This document shows positions 1-11,158 of a DNA stretch of 64,000 nt, piece by piece. Both the position numbers and the translations under genes were made by a program. Within the stretch, counting starts at the first letter, position 1. Each line of letters starts with the position of its first letter. Source of the DNA: Felis catus (Eukaryota); contig NC_058373.1 in assembly GCF_018350175.1 (NCBI RefSeq), forward strand, positions 74,462,001-74,526,000. The letters run 5' to 3'. The notes under the pieces are model-generated. The model saw only the letters and a program-made list of their open reading frames with translations. It was not told the origin of the DNA and searched no databases.

Positions 1-125
1 CCGGCGGCAGAGTAGGCGGGCTCGGTAGACGCGTGCGCCGGTACTCTGTAGAAAGGCCAAATCCCTGTTTTACTTCTTGTGTTTACGAGTGCGCGTGCGC
101 AGTGGCGCGCGCAAGCAGTCGGGGC
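1..125. promoter_or_regulatory. CpG-rich promoter edge with NRF1 site; by synteny the promoter of RABGGTA, which lies left of the window
   Basis: CpG-dense; TGCGCGTGCGCA at 90-101 matches NRF1 consensus YGCGCAYGCGCR on the - strand. Gene identity inferred only from conserved order RABGGTA-DHRS1. Confidence 0.6.
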
Positions 126-757
126 TGCAATTTCAGTCAGCTGGTAGAACTGCAGTCTAGTTGCATAAGTTTTTTGTACAGCCGGGAACTCACGCACTAG
201 CCATCCTGCTGACCTCATTCTGGCCACTGGCCATCTAGTTGCCACATTTAACTGGTGGAGTTTCCTGTCCTTATCTCCACTGATCCCTGAAGCTTTCATG
301 TAGCCGACTTCTTTACACTTGACACCCTTTCCTGGCTTCCCCTGCGCCTCTGCCCCAATCTTCTCATCTGTTCACCTTCTTCTCCCCTAAATGTTGGTGA
401 TGTCCAGGGCCCTTTCACCACCCTCTTTCACATCACACATTGTTCCTGGGAGAACATTTACAAATCCAAGCCTTCTCCTGCTTGGAGTTGGAGCTCCCCA
501 GAGCTCTGTCCTGGGCCCACAGATTTTCCGGCCCCACACTTTCTCTGGGTGAAGTCATACACACTCATAGTTTTAATTACCACCTGGGAGTTGATAACAC
601 TCAAACTTGTGTCTCCAGCCCAGATGTCTCGCGAGCTGTAATAATAAACATATATATGTGCACACCTATTCAAAAGCCTATTGGATATCACCTGGGTGTT
701 CCAGAGACACCTCAAACTCCGAAAGTAAAGAGGTATCGTTGTCTCCCATTCATTCTT

Positions 758-1306
758 TTCTAAAAAATTAATTATTTTTCAAAATTTATATCCAAGTTAG
801 TTAGCATATAGTGCAACAATCATTTCAGGGGTAGATTCCTTGATGCCCCTTACCCACATCCCCCGTCTCACAACCCCTCCGGTAACCCTCTGTTCTCCAT
901 ATTTAAAAGTGTCTTACGTTTTGTCCCTCTCCCTGTTTTTATATTATTTTTGCTTCCCTTCCCTATGTTCATCTGTTCTGTGTCTTAAAGCCCTCATATG
1001 AATGAAGTCATATGGTATTTGTCTTTCTTTGACTAATTTCGCTTCGCATAATACCCTCTAGTTTCATCCATGTAGTTGTAAATGGCAAGATTTCATTCTT
1101 TGGATTACCAAGTAATACTCCATTGTATATATATATATCACCTTTTCTTCATCCATTCATCCATCAATGGACATTTGGGCTCTTTTCATACTTTGGCTAT
1201 TGTTGAAAGTGCTGCTAAAACATGGGGGTGCATGTGCCCCTTCGAAACAGCACACCTGTATCCTGTGGATAAATGCCTAGTAGTGCAATTGCTGGGTCGT
1301 AGGGTA
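758..1306 (-). mobile_element. 5'-truncated LINE-1 (carnivore type), 3' end
   Basis: L1 3'UTR/ORF2-end-like sequence in reverse with T-rich tail; 18-bp TSD TGTCTYCCATTCATTCTT at 740-757 and 1307-1324. Confidence 0.85.
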
Positions 1307-3246
1307 TGTCTTCCATTCATTCTTAAACTTTGGCCTTTATGTTTTCCTATTGTAGTGAATGGCACTACTCCCTCCCCATTTTTCCTTAGTATCTCTTAAA
1401 TACTCTTTCCATTCCCACTGCACTAGAATTTAAGCTCATTTCTTCCCAGATTGTTGAAAGTCTTTTCAATGTCCCCCGTCTCCACTCTGTCCTCTCCATT
1501 ATGAGTTCATTCTCTGTGCTGTTGGATCAACTTTCCTAGAATGCAGGTTTGATTATATCAAATCTCTGCCTAAAAGCCTTCTGTGGCTCCTGGGCCAGCT
1601 CAGAAAGGTTTCCTGGAGAGCCTTCATGGGGTTCAAGGTGGCCAGTGAGTGCATATGCATGAGTGAGCATATGTGATGTATTTGTGAGAAGTGTGTGTCC
1701 ATGTGGCATGTGTTCATAGCTCATATTTAAGAATGCATGGCTTTAAATTCTTTATATTTCTTCCACATTTTTCTCAGGTCCTGGAAATGTATACAAACTG
1801 CCCACTATATAGTCTGTCCTTTCCTGGGCTCTGTAACAAATGACAGAGGAGAAGAGACACTTTTACTGGCCTCGTGTACTTGTGGTCCCAGTGAGGAAAG
1901 AGTCCCACCACTTCTTGGTTGTCTTTGTGCATGAGTTTTGCATGCACAAAGGATCACATGTGGAGGCAGTAAGCAGAGTGCTTATAAACATGGACTGTTG
2001 GGTACCTGGGTGCAGATCCTGGTTTGGCCACTTACTAGCTGTGTGATCTGGGAAAGGTACTTAACCCTCTGTGTTGAGTTTCCCTTGTGTCTCCGTTTCT
2101 TCAGTAGTAACATAGAAAAAATATCACTACCGGTGACAGTTCAAGTGAAGATTAGATAAAAGGACTTAATGTGAATGCTTAGCTTAGAACAGTGTCTATA
2201 CCGAGTAAGGGCTCAGTAAATAGTAATAGTAGTAATATTATTATTATTATTTCTAATTTTTATGATAAATATTCAGGACATTGAGGCTCAGAAAGACTAA
2301 GTAACTTGCTAAGGGCCATCCATGTCGTAAGTGGCCAAACGGGACCTGTGTCTGGTCTGGTCCAGCTCTCCCACCTCACTAGCCCTTTGTTTGCTTCTGT
2401 ACACACTCACATGTGCAACCAGACAGCTGGGAACACAGATGCCCACAGACACAGATTTGCCAGTCTTATATCCTAGTCACCAAGGGAGGAGGAAAGGGGA
2501 TGGTTGAAAGCCAAAGTAGGCACGAAATACTTCTTAGTGATTAGCAATCTTGAAACTGGGAAGGTTGAATCAAGTAGGCTTAAGAGAGGAAGTGAGTCTC
2601 ATGACAGAATCTGCTTCTGAGAAGGTAGGGCCTGGTTTAGGAAAGAGAGGGCAGGAAGGGCATTTCAGGCATGCACTGTGACGTGAAGGAGGGGGAGAAC
2701 AGACTTGGCCAGCTGGCAGATAGCAGTAGAGCCAGGTGCCTTTGGAGATAAGAGCAATGGAATGAATGACAGGCCTCTTGCTTTAAGGCAAAGGGAGCTG
2801 TCAGGAGTTATATTTGGTCTCCTGTGTGTGATAAGTGGGAACCACACAGGTGCCTGAGGGTTATGATCTGAATGATGTTTAAGGAAGAGATTTTACTGTC
2901 CTCCATGTAGAAAAAGGAATAAGCAATAATTGAATACCAACTGAACCCTTAGACATCTTATTTAATGTAATCACTACCTATATGAAGTTGGTATTAGTAT
3001 CCATATTTTATAACGAGAAAAGAATGCATACAGTGGTTTCACAGAGGTTAAGAGGCTTGCCCAAGGTCATACAGCTGGGAGGAAACACAGCCAGAATTCA
3101 ACCCAAAGCCTGGATGGCTGCTCCCACCTATGTAGTGGGCATTACCAGAAGCTCAAATTTCAGCTTCTTGAGGCCTGGAAGCCTGGTTCTCTTCATGCTG
3201 ACCACCTCTTCCCCTGCCGATTATTCCTCTGCAACCACTCCCCAAT

Positions 3247-3251
3247 GCGCG

Positions 3252-3307
<56 letters not shown>
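3247..3307. repeat. (GC)n(CA)n microsatellite
   Basis: Direct read: gcgcgcgcgcgcgc followed by a long (ca)n run. Confidence 0.95.
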
Positions 3308-3310
<3 letters not shown>

Positions 3311-3430
3311 TTACAATGTCCCTAGAACCCTGAGCCAGTCATGGACCAGAGATGGTTTGGAGGGAGGAAGCAGACCATGAGCCCTGGGTCGGGGCCCCAT
3401 TTAAATCTTGGCTAGGAGCTAGACTTAATG

Positions 3431-3640
3431 CAGTGCTGGGCTAGACTAGACAACTTTCTGCCGTGTTGAAACGTTCAATGTCTGTGCCATCCAGTGTGGT
3501 CACCACTAGCCCTATGTAGCTAGTGAGCCCTTGAAATGTGGCTAGTGCAACTGTGGAAACACATTTTTAATCTAATTCAATTTTAATTTATTTCCATTTA
3601 AACAGCCACATGGGGCTAGTGGCTAGTACTGGACAGAACA
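3431..3640. mobile_element. MER3/MER33-like hAT-Charlie DNA transposon relic
   Basis: Typical motifs ccactagcc...gaaatgtggctagtgcaactg...ttttaatttaatt...agccacatggggctagtggct...ggacag; similar copy at ~39590-39782. Confidence 0.65.
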
Positions 3641-4736
3641 GTTCTCATGGGTGAGACAGACATGCCAGTATGTAAGCTAAAGTAGGATAGGGGCCCAGGG
3701 GCCCACAGAAGGGACATTGACTCAGATTGAGGTCAAGGGGAGTTTGTTCTAGATCTGGTGATATATAACGTTTTACAATTTCTTTTCTTAAACTCCTAAT
3801 GTTTCTTTTTTCTTCTTGTAAAACTTGTCAATGAAGCACAACATGTATACTAAAAGCGTACAGCTTTGATCTTCCTACTTTAAACTCTCCAGCCACAGGT
3901 ACGGGGAAGGAGGTTATCATCTCCTAGAAATACAGGGAGTAGAGAGGACTGTGAGGAGGGGTCAATGAGTGGATATAGACTCGTTATAAGGAAGGACTTT
4001 CTAATAATTAAAACTTTCCAAAAATGGAGTGAGTTGTGAGCTTACCATCATGGGAGATAATCAAGCATATGTTGTTCAACCACTTTTTGACAATGTAGTA
4101 GAGGGCATTCAAGGACCCGCCCCAAAGTTCTGAAAGGTTCTGACCCTTGGGATGGAGCAGGGATCAGATGATTCAAAACCCAAGAAGATCCTCTATACTG
4201 CCCATTCCCCCAGAGTCCTGGGTTTCCTTGGGCACTTGGTCTGAGCGGTTGGATTTTTTTCTCTTTTCCCTCTTCCCTAGTTGCTTCTGCCAGGCTGGGA
4301 GAATTCCTCAATGGCCAGCAGTGCCACCATATGCCCATAGCACACTTCTGGGCTGGGGGAAAGGAGGGAACCAGCTAGCTGATGAGAAGGGAGAGCAGGC
4401 CCAAAAGACAGAATGGCCTCCAAGGGAAAGTCCCTATGATAGAGCCAGGGCACAGTGGATGCTGACTCATGTTGGTGTTTTATGGGGGAAAGAGATGCAG
4501 GGAAAGCAACCAGGAAGTGGGGCTGAAAAGCTGGAAAAACTCCCTGAGCCAGAACTGGAGCCTTTCTTTCTTACAGGAGCCAGGCACTGCACAGGTTTGG
4601 TGAAGAGGACAGCATTGCCTTAAAATTGCTCAGAGTGAGATAGGGAAGCTGAAAGGACTCCACTTTAGAAAGGCTCCATTTCTGCTGTTTCTGTGCTAGA
4701 CCCCACTTACTCATGCTCTATATTTCCCCTTGCATC

Positions 4737-5232
4737 TGAGTAAACCGAAGACGCTGTGCTCCCTTTCCAAGAGGGAGGCTAGAAAGTTAATCATTCTTTG
4801 ACTTTCATCCTAGACCCCTGCACACCTGATAACATCTGAGAAGAACCAGATCCTAAACATGTTCCAGGACATTAGCTTCAAACAAACTTCCACGGACACT
4901 GGCGTCAATTCTTGCTACCTTCTGTGGTTTATGGAATAACGCCTGACACTTGCCTTTGATGGGCCCCTACCCTGGAGGCCTGAAAGAACATGTCCCTTGG
5001 ACCCCTTTCCAATATAAACCCCTAAGCCCAGGCGATGGAGAGACTCACTTCTTCTTTTCTGAGTCTCACAGATACCCCATCTGCTATACTCTATCACTTA
5101 CACTGTTCAGTAAACTCTGCTCTTACCTCCTCCAGGCTCAACTTTGAATTCAATCCTATGTGAGGCCAAGGACCCTCTTAGCTGGTCCTGTGGAACCCCC
5201 TCTGGGTCCTGGGACCCGGCATGCCTATGTCA
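4737..5232 (+). mobile_element. Solo LTR (ERV-like)
   Basis: TG...CA ends, TATA-like aatataaa ~5011 and AGTAAA poly(A)-like signal ~5109. TSD not clearly identified. Confidence 0.6.
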
Positions 5233-7011
5233 AGAGCATGGGTGGAGTTGGGAATATGGCCAAGAAGTTGCAAGTGGCAACCATCACTGCACAACTCCAG
5301 GGGGTGCTTTGGGTGTAGGGCATAGGAAATGTGAGTAGTGCCAGGAGGCAGCAGCCCTGAGGTTCTATGCCAATGTGAGAAACAGAAGCCTTGACTGTGA
5401 GTGTCTGGACCAAGAAGGGGTGATTGGTAAATGAATACAGAGGGTGAACAAGTAGTCCCAGAAAGAAGGTGGTGGGGGGACCTTGGGGTAGATCCAACCC
5501 TTAATCCTTCCCTGTCCCATTCATTCATTCAACAGATAGCAACTGAGTGCCCTCTGTGCTGGACACAATGATAGGCATGGGGGCCGTGGCGGTGAGGCAA
5601 ACACAGGCCCAGCCCCTACCCTCATGGAGTTAATGGCCCAGAGTAGGGCTGTCCGGTAAAACTTTCTGGATGATGGAAATGGTGTAGAGAGGCAGTCACG
5701 TAACTGTATAAACAAGTGTAAGGCTACAGTTATGCCCTTAAAGAGAGGGATGTAGTGCTGGGTATGTCCCATGGGTGGGGGAACCTGCCCTATCCAGGGA
5801 AGGGGGTAAGATTTCCCAGGGGAGTGAGCTTAGAGCTGGGGCTGTTGGTGTGGGGCAGGAGCCCTGGCTTGGGGCTGGCGGCACACTTCCTCTATGCTTC
5901 TCTAGCAGTGGGGCCTGTGGTGCCTGCATTCTAGCTCATTCTGTGGGGTGAAACAACCCCATTTCTACTCTCACTGTGAACTACCCAAGGAGGATAGTTG
6001 GACTGCATGTCCCCTCTCCTAGCCTGGTGCCACAGTGGTTGCTCAACATTTACATAATCCAGCCAATAATGAAGCAATAATCACGGAGCCTCAGAACAAC
6101 TTACCCCATAGCAGTGACCAAGACTGCCAAGGCCCCTGCTTTCACTGAGCTTATACTTGAATCTGGGAGACAAACCCTGTAGAGGCAAATACATACAAGA
6201 GATGATTTTAACCAGTCATAAGTGCCCCAAGGAGAATTAAACAAGGTATTGACCTAGAGTTGGTGGTGGTGATGGGAATCCTGGGAGAGAATGAATGACT
6301 GAATGAATGAATGGTGAGCAGTGAAGGTCAGATCAAGCACACTGAACCTCACTGGGCTGGGGCAGGGATTAGGAGAGGAGCCAAGACTCTTAGATCCCAG
6401 GGTGGGGAGCTTAGGGCAAGGTGGTAGGGAGGGGTGGTCAGGGATGGCTGCACTTCAGGCCTCATGGGCAGGTCTGAGTGACAGGGCAGGAAATGGACAG
6501 GGAGTGCTGTGGAACCTCAGAATTTCAAGCAAGGAAAGAGAATACGTGGAATTGCTGACAGGAGCAGTATTGTGTGCCAGTCCCCTTGTGCACTCAATCA
6601 TGACTCAGGTTTGAGTTCAGTGGGGGGCGGGCGGGGGAGGGGTGCGGAGGGCAGGGAGGTCCTGGAGTAGAGGTTTTGGGAACTTGACTTGGGTTGGCCA
6701 GCCTCCAAGGGGCCTGCCCCCGCAGAGGTCCCCAGGACCTCCCCAGCTGGCAGTCCTGAGCACAGGGCATGGAGGCTGAGGTGTGTGTTGTGAGTGGGAC
6801 GAGGCCAAGTGCTGAGGAATACTAGAGAGCAGCAGTCTGGGGAGGGTCGGTCCTGGGCACATAGGCTGGCCCAGTCCACCTGACTCCAGGTAGGGAAGTG
6901 GGGCCCTCACCTGTGGCTCCCATCAGGCTTGTGAGCTCAGCCACACACTGGGTGGTGTGGACACTCCAGGCGCTGTTCTGTTCTGTCTGCAGGGTTCAAA
7001 CATTCTGTGAA

Positions 7012-7017
<6 letters not shown>

Positions 7018-7062
<45 letters not shown>
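7018..7062. repeat. (TG)n microsatellite
   Basis: Direct read. Confidence 0.95.
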
Positions 7063-7064
<2 letters not shown>

Positions 7065-7598
7065 GAGATGTGAAGTGTCTAAGACCCAACCCCTGACCTG
7101 GGGGGCTGTCAGCCTTATCTAGGGGATTGTATGAGGACATCTATGGCTCTGACACTAGTCAAGAGGCAAGTGATTGTCATAGGTCCCCCAGAAAAGGGCA
7201 GGAGCAATGGAAGAGGGTAGAAGTTTCTAGGAGGTTGAGACGAGCCTCGTGAGAAAAAATTCTGGCAGGTAGAAATGGGGCTGGGGTTGGGGGGAGGAGA
7301 CACCTCAGGGACCAGAACAGCTGGAGCAGAGGCATGGAAGGAAATATAGTCAAAATGAGAGAAGGGCAACTCTAAATTTGGCCAGGACACCTTTGGGTTG
7401 AGTGAACTTGGGAACGCTTTCACCATTCTGCCCAATCTCCAACCCTCTTTGCCAAAAAGAAAAGGTCCTCCAAAACCAAAATGAAACCAACTCCCAAAAA
7501 AATGAAGCAGCAGAGACAGGGGAATGTGGGGGAAAGACCTCGCCCTCTAGAGTCATACGTTGAAGCCAGACTCTTTTCCTATAAAGACTTGCAACCCA

Positions 7599-8235
7599 AG
7601 GTGCCTGGGTGGCTCAGTCGGCTCTTTCTCTCTCTCTCTCTCTCTCTTTAAAAAAAAATTTTTAATGTTTATTTTTGAGACAGAGAGAGACAAAGCATGA
7701 ATGGGGGAGGGTCATGGAGAGATGGAGACACAGAATCCAAAGCAGGCTCCAGGCTCTGAGCTGTTAGCACAGAGCCCAATGCGGGGCTTGAACTCACGGA
7801 CCGTAATATCATGACCTGAGCCGGTCAGACGCTTAACCAACTGAGCCACCCAGGCGCCCCTCTCTCTCTTATAAAGAAAGTTTATTTATTTGCAAGAGAT
7901 AGCATGAGCGGAGGAGGGGCAGAGAGAGAGAGGGAGAGAGAGAATTCCAAGCAGGCTCCACACTGTCAGCATGGAGCCTGATGTGGGGCTTGAACTCACG
8001 AACTGTGAGATCATGACCTGAGTTGAAATCAAGAGTTGGACGCCTAACCAGCTGAGCCACCCAGGGGCCCCAAAGTGTCTGACTCTTGACTTCGGCTCAG
8101 GTCATGGGTTTGAGCCCCATGTTAAACTCCACCCTGACAGTGAGGACCCTGCTTGGGATTCTCTCTCTCTGCCCCTCTCCTGCCTTCTCTCTCTCTTGAA
8201 ATAAATAATCTTAAAAAAACAAAAAACAAAAAAAC
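7599..8235. mobile_element. Three nested Can-SINEs: + strand host (7599-7621 and 8071-8235) interrupted by two - strand SINEs (~7650-7860, ~7870-8070)
   Basis: gggcgcctgggtggctcag heads, (CT)n and A/T tails; the host resumes at 8071 where it was interrupted. Confidence 0.85.
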
Positions 8236-10947
8236 CTTGTAATCTGGACAAGTACCTCAACTTTTCTGAGCCTCAGTTTCTAAAGCTGTAAGAGAATACT
8301 TACCTCATATGGCAGATGTGGAAAGATTAAGTAAGACTTAGGCAGAGCAGTTAGCTGGTGCTCAACAAACACGAATTCTCTCAGCCCCAACAATAACACA
8401 AGTCTCTGGCTGTCTCAGCTGTGTTAAAGGGACAGTGAAGGTCCAGAGCTGAGTCACCTTTGCTCCCTCCTACACGAACCCCTCTGGGGATGCCGGGCGC
8501 TGTTTGTTTATGGAGTTCTGGCTTTGCTTGTTTCTTCTGGAACCACCTCTTCAAGAAGGGGGGAGCCAAGATCTGCTCACTGGAGTACAGGTGCATACGT
8601 GTCTGTAGTTGCTAACAGAAACTGCACCAAGCTGACCCTACTTCCTCCCTCTGCCTCTTACACAACGTTTCTCACAGGCTCCTCCATGTCCAAGGGCCTA
8701 AAAAGGCGCCCTTTTCTTGCCTAGATTCTCCCATTATCAAGGTAAGCACAAGCAGCTTCCAGTTCCTCTGCTCTTCTGGCACACAAGTCGAGGCAGACCC
8801 TGGACCCCTTGACCTTACTCCAAGCAAGCCGGCCTACTTCTAAGCACCCTGGGGCACCTTGGTACAAGGCCAGTGGAACTCACCCAGAGAAGGGCCAGCC
8901 TGTTCCCGTCCTCAGGCCCCGCTCAGGGCAGATTCTGTCTCTGCAGCTCAACATGAGCTTAACATGGGCCAGGTCAGCCTGGTCAAACAGTAAGCCCCAA
9001 GGCTCTGTGAAGGTCCCTGGGCAGGGGCACCCGGGATTGCGTGTGGCGTGGGCGGCTGGCTGAGGCATAAGTCAGGAAGGGATCAGGGCTGAGATGAGCA
9101 ACGGTGCCCCTGGATACCTGGTGGCAGGAACTGAGACAGAGATGAGGTTTTGCAGGGAAAGGCAGGGATGACAATGTTGTAATACTCCCCAGAAGGTGAA
9201 ACCTGAAAGGAATTGGAGTTGGGTGTGGCCTCGCGGGGGCAGCTGGCTATGCTGACCCCTCCTGCTTCTTTGAGTCCCCACTCTGGGGCTCCCCGTGGTT
9301 GTCTGATTGTCTCCTGATGATAACCAAAAGCACTTTGAGAGCCAGACCTGTGTGTTACAGGCCTGCCTGTACCCATCTGCCCTTCCCTGCCCAGGGCAGG
9401 GCACGGAGGAGGCTGCAATCGACACCAGCTGCCTGGGAGATGGAAGGGTAGGGAGAAGACTCAGCACAGGGCCCAGGGAGAGGGCCGGGGAGGATGGGCC
9501 GGAGGGACAGCAGGAGCAGTGGAAGGATGGGGTGGGGGGCTGAGAGGGCATAGGCAGAGGGACCCAGGAGAGGGGCTTTGTGGAGGGGTAGACCAGCCAA
9601 GGGGACAAGGACCAGGAACCAGATGGGATGGGGGGCAGGCTGCAATGAAGCAATTTCTGAGCTCACTGTGGGGGCTCTGCCCAGGGATGGGGGGGGGGGC
9701 CAGGGAACTGAAGGGCCTCAGGAAATGTCTCAGAGAGAGTGTCAAGGCCTCTGGTTAGGACAGGGTGGGTAGGAACCAGGATGAGGAAGGAAAAAGGGCA
9801 GGCCTGGGCCCAACCACCTCATCTTGATTTGTCCACTGAGCTTGGGCTCCTGTGGGGCCCTCATGTGGGCTTTTCTTTCACCTTGCCTGGATCCCCACCC
9901 CACTCTCACGTCACCCAAAGGGGCCTTTAAGGGTTGATGGGAACTCTTCCTCAGTGACTTGTCCTGAAAGCTGGAATCCACCCCTTGGTCCAGCCCTTGC
10001 TGGAGGAAGTCTCTGGCCAATTTCACTTCCTTCCAGTTCTCTAGTTGCTTCTTCCTGTATTTTCGGGGTACTCTGTGTAAACTTGGCTATAGCACTGTTC
10101 TCACAGACTTAAATAGTCTTCCCTGGTGCCTGGCATGGTGCTGGGAAGAGGATGGGCATTAAATAAACTTTTTTTTTGAATGAACATTGATCCCCCCTCA
10201 ATGTCCTGAGCCTCTCTACTATTCAGTTTCTTAGATCTTGTTTCTCTTCTACCTCCAATCAAAACTCACTGTCCACGTTTCATTCCCTCAGAGCTCTGTA
10301 CTCTTGCTTATGTTTCCAAGCTTGTTGGAGAGAAGCAGGGTGGTGTTCTGGAGAGAACACTGTACCCTCTGTTTTCTGGGGATACCAGGACTGAGGTCTA
10401 ACTCCACACAGTGTGGACCCTTGGGGCCTCAGTTCACTCACTTCCTCCCATCAGTGGAAGGTCTAGATGACTTCTAACGTCTTCCAGGGCTGAAGTGGAA
10501 GTCCTTTGTGGGCCAGGACCTGGTTTGTCTTATGCTCTGTGCCCCCAGAGCCAAGAATGGTGACTGGTGCAGAGCACGCTCTTAAATATTTGTTGTGAGA
10601 AGGAACTGACAACTTCGATGGCTACCTAGTGCCTGGCGTTTTATACATGTTATTTCATTTCATTCCCAGAGTGATGGAGTTAAAATTTGTATATACATTT
10701 GCATGACTCTGAAGCCCATACTCTTCCCATAATACTTTGCGGCCTTTAGGAGACGATACCATTGCACAAGGATTTGTTCTAATGATGGCTGTGAAAGGCT
10801 GCAGGAGATCTGGAGGCCCTTATTCTTATCATAGCATATAGGCAATGCCTCTGCCCCTCGCAGACCTTAGGAGATAATAGGAACTTAGGGTGGTAAGTGG
10901 AAGAGGGTGAGAGGGTGGTGAGGCTATCTGATCACTGTCATCTAAAT

Positions 10948-11158
10948 GGGGTGCTTGCGGGGTGTCTGGATGGCTGTCAGTTGGGCAACCGACTTCGGCA
11001 CGGGTTGTGATCTCGCAGTTGGGGGGTTCAAGCCCCACATCAGTCTCACTGCTGTCAGCGTGGAGCCTGCTTTGGAGCCTCTGCCCGCCCCCCACGCCCT
11101 GCATCTCCCCCACTCACACTTTCTCTCAAAAATAAATAAGCATTGAAAAAAATAATAG
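10948..11158 (+). mobile_element. Can-SINE
   Basis: Diverged head, ggagcctgctttggag body, ctctcaaaaataaataa tail. Confidence 0.8.

Larger units (their letters stand above)
4277..10072 (-). pseudogene. Candidate decayed multi-exon protein-kinase gene (TKL/RIPK-like), not recognised as any annotated gene
   Basis: AG/GT-bounded segments with matching phases: 9202-8662, 8579-8458, 7446-7391, 6986-6911, 6836-~6598, plus 4648-4575 and 4352-4277. Translation has subdomain I/II spacing (IPRG...K.GWR....VK) and VIa/VIb spacing (WP-x24-H..LKPE), with internal stops and frameshifts. Confidence 0.5.

Noticed and set aside
1082-1399. ORFs in the L1 fragment and many 60-130 aa ORFs in SINEs and microsatellites
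   Set aside because: Repeat-derived or chance ORFs, mostly with TTG/GTG starts.
7599-7630. tRNA-like A/B boxes in SINE heads
   Set aside because: Can-SINEs are tRNA-derived; no complete cloverleaf tRNA gene seen.
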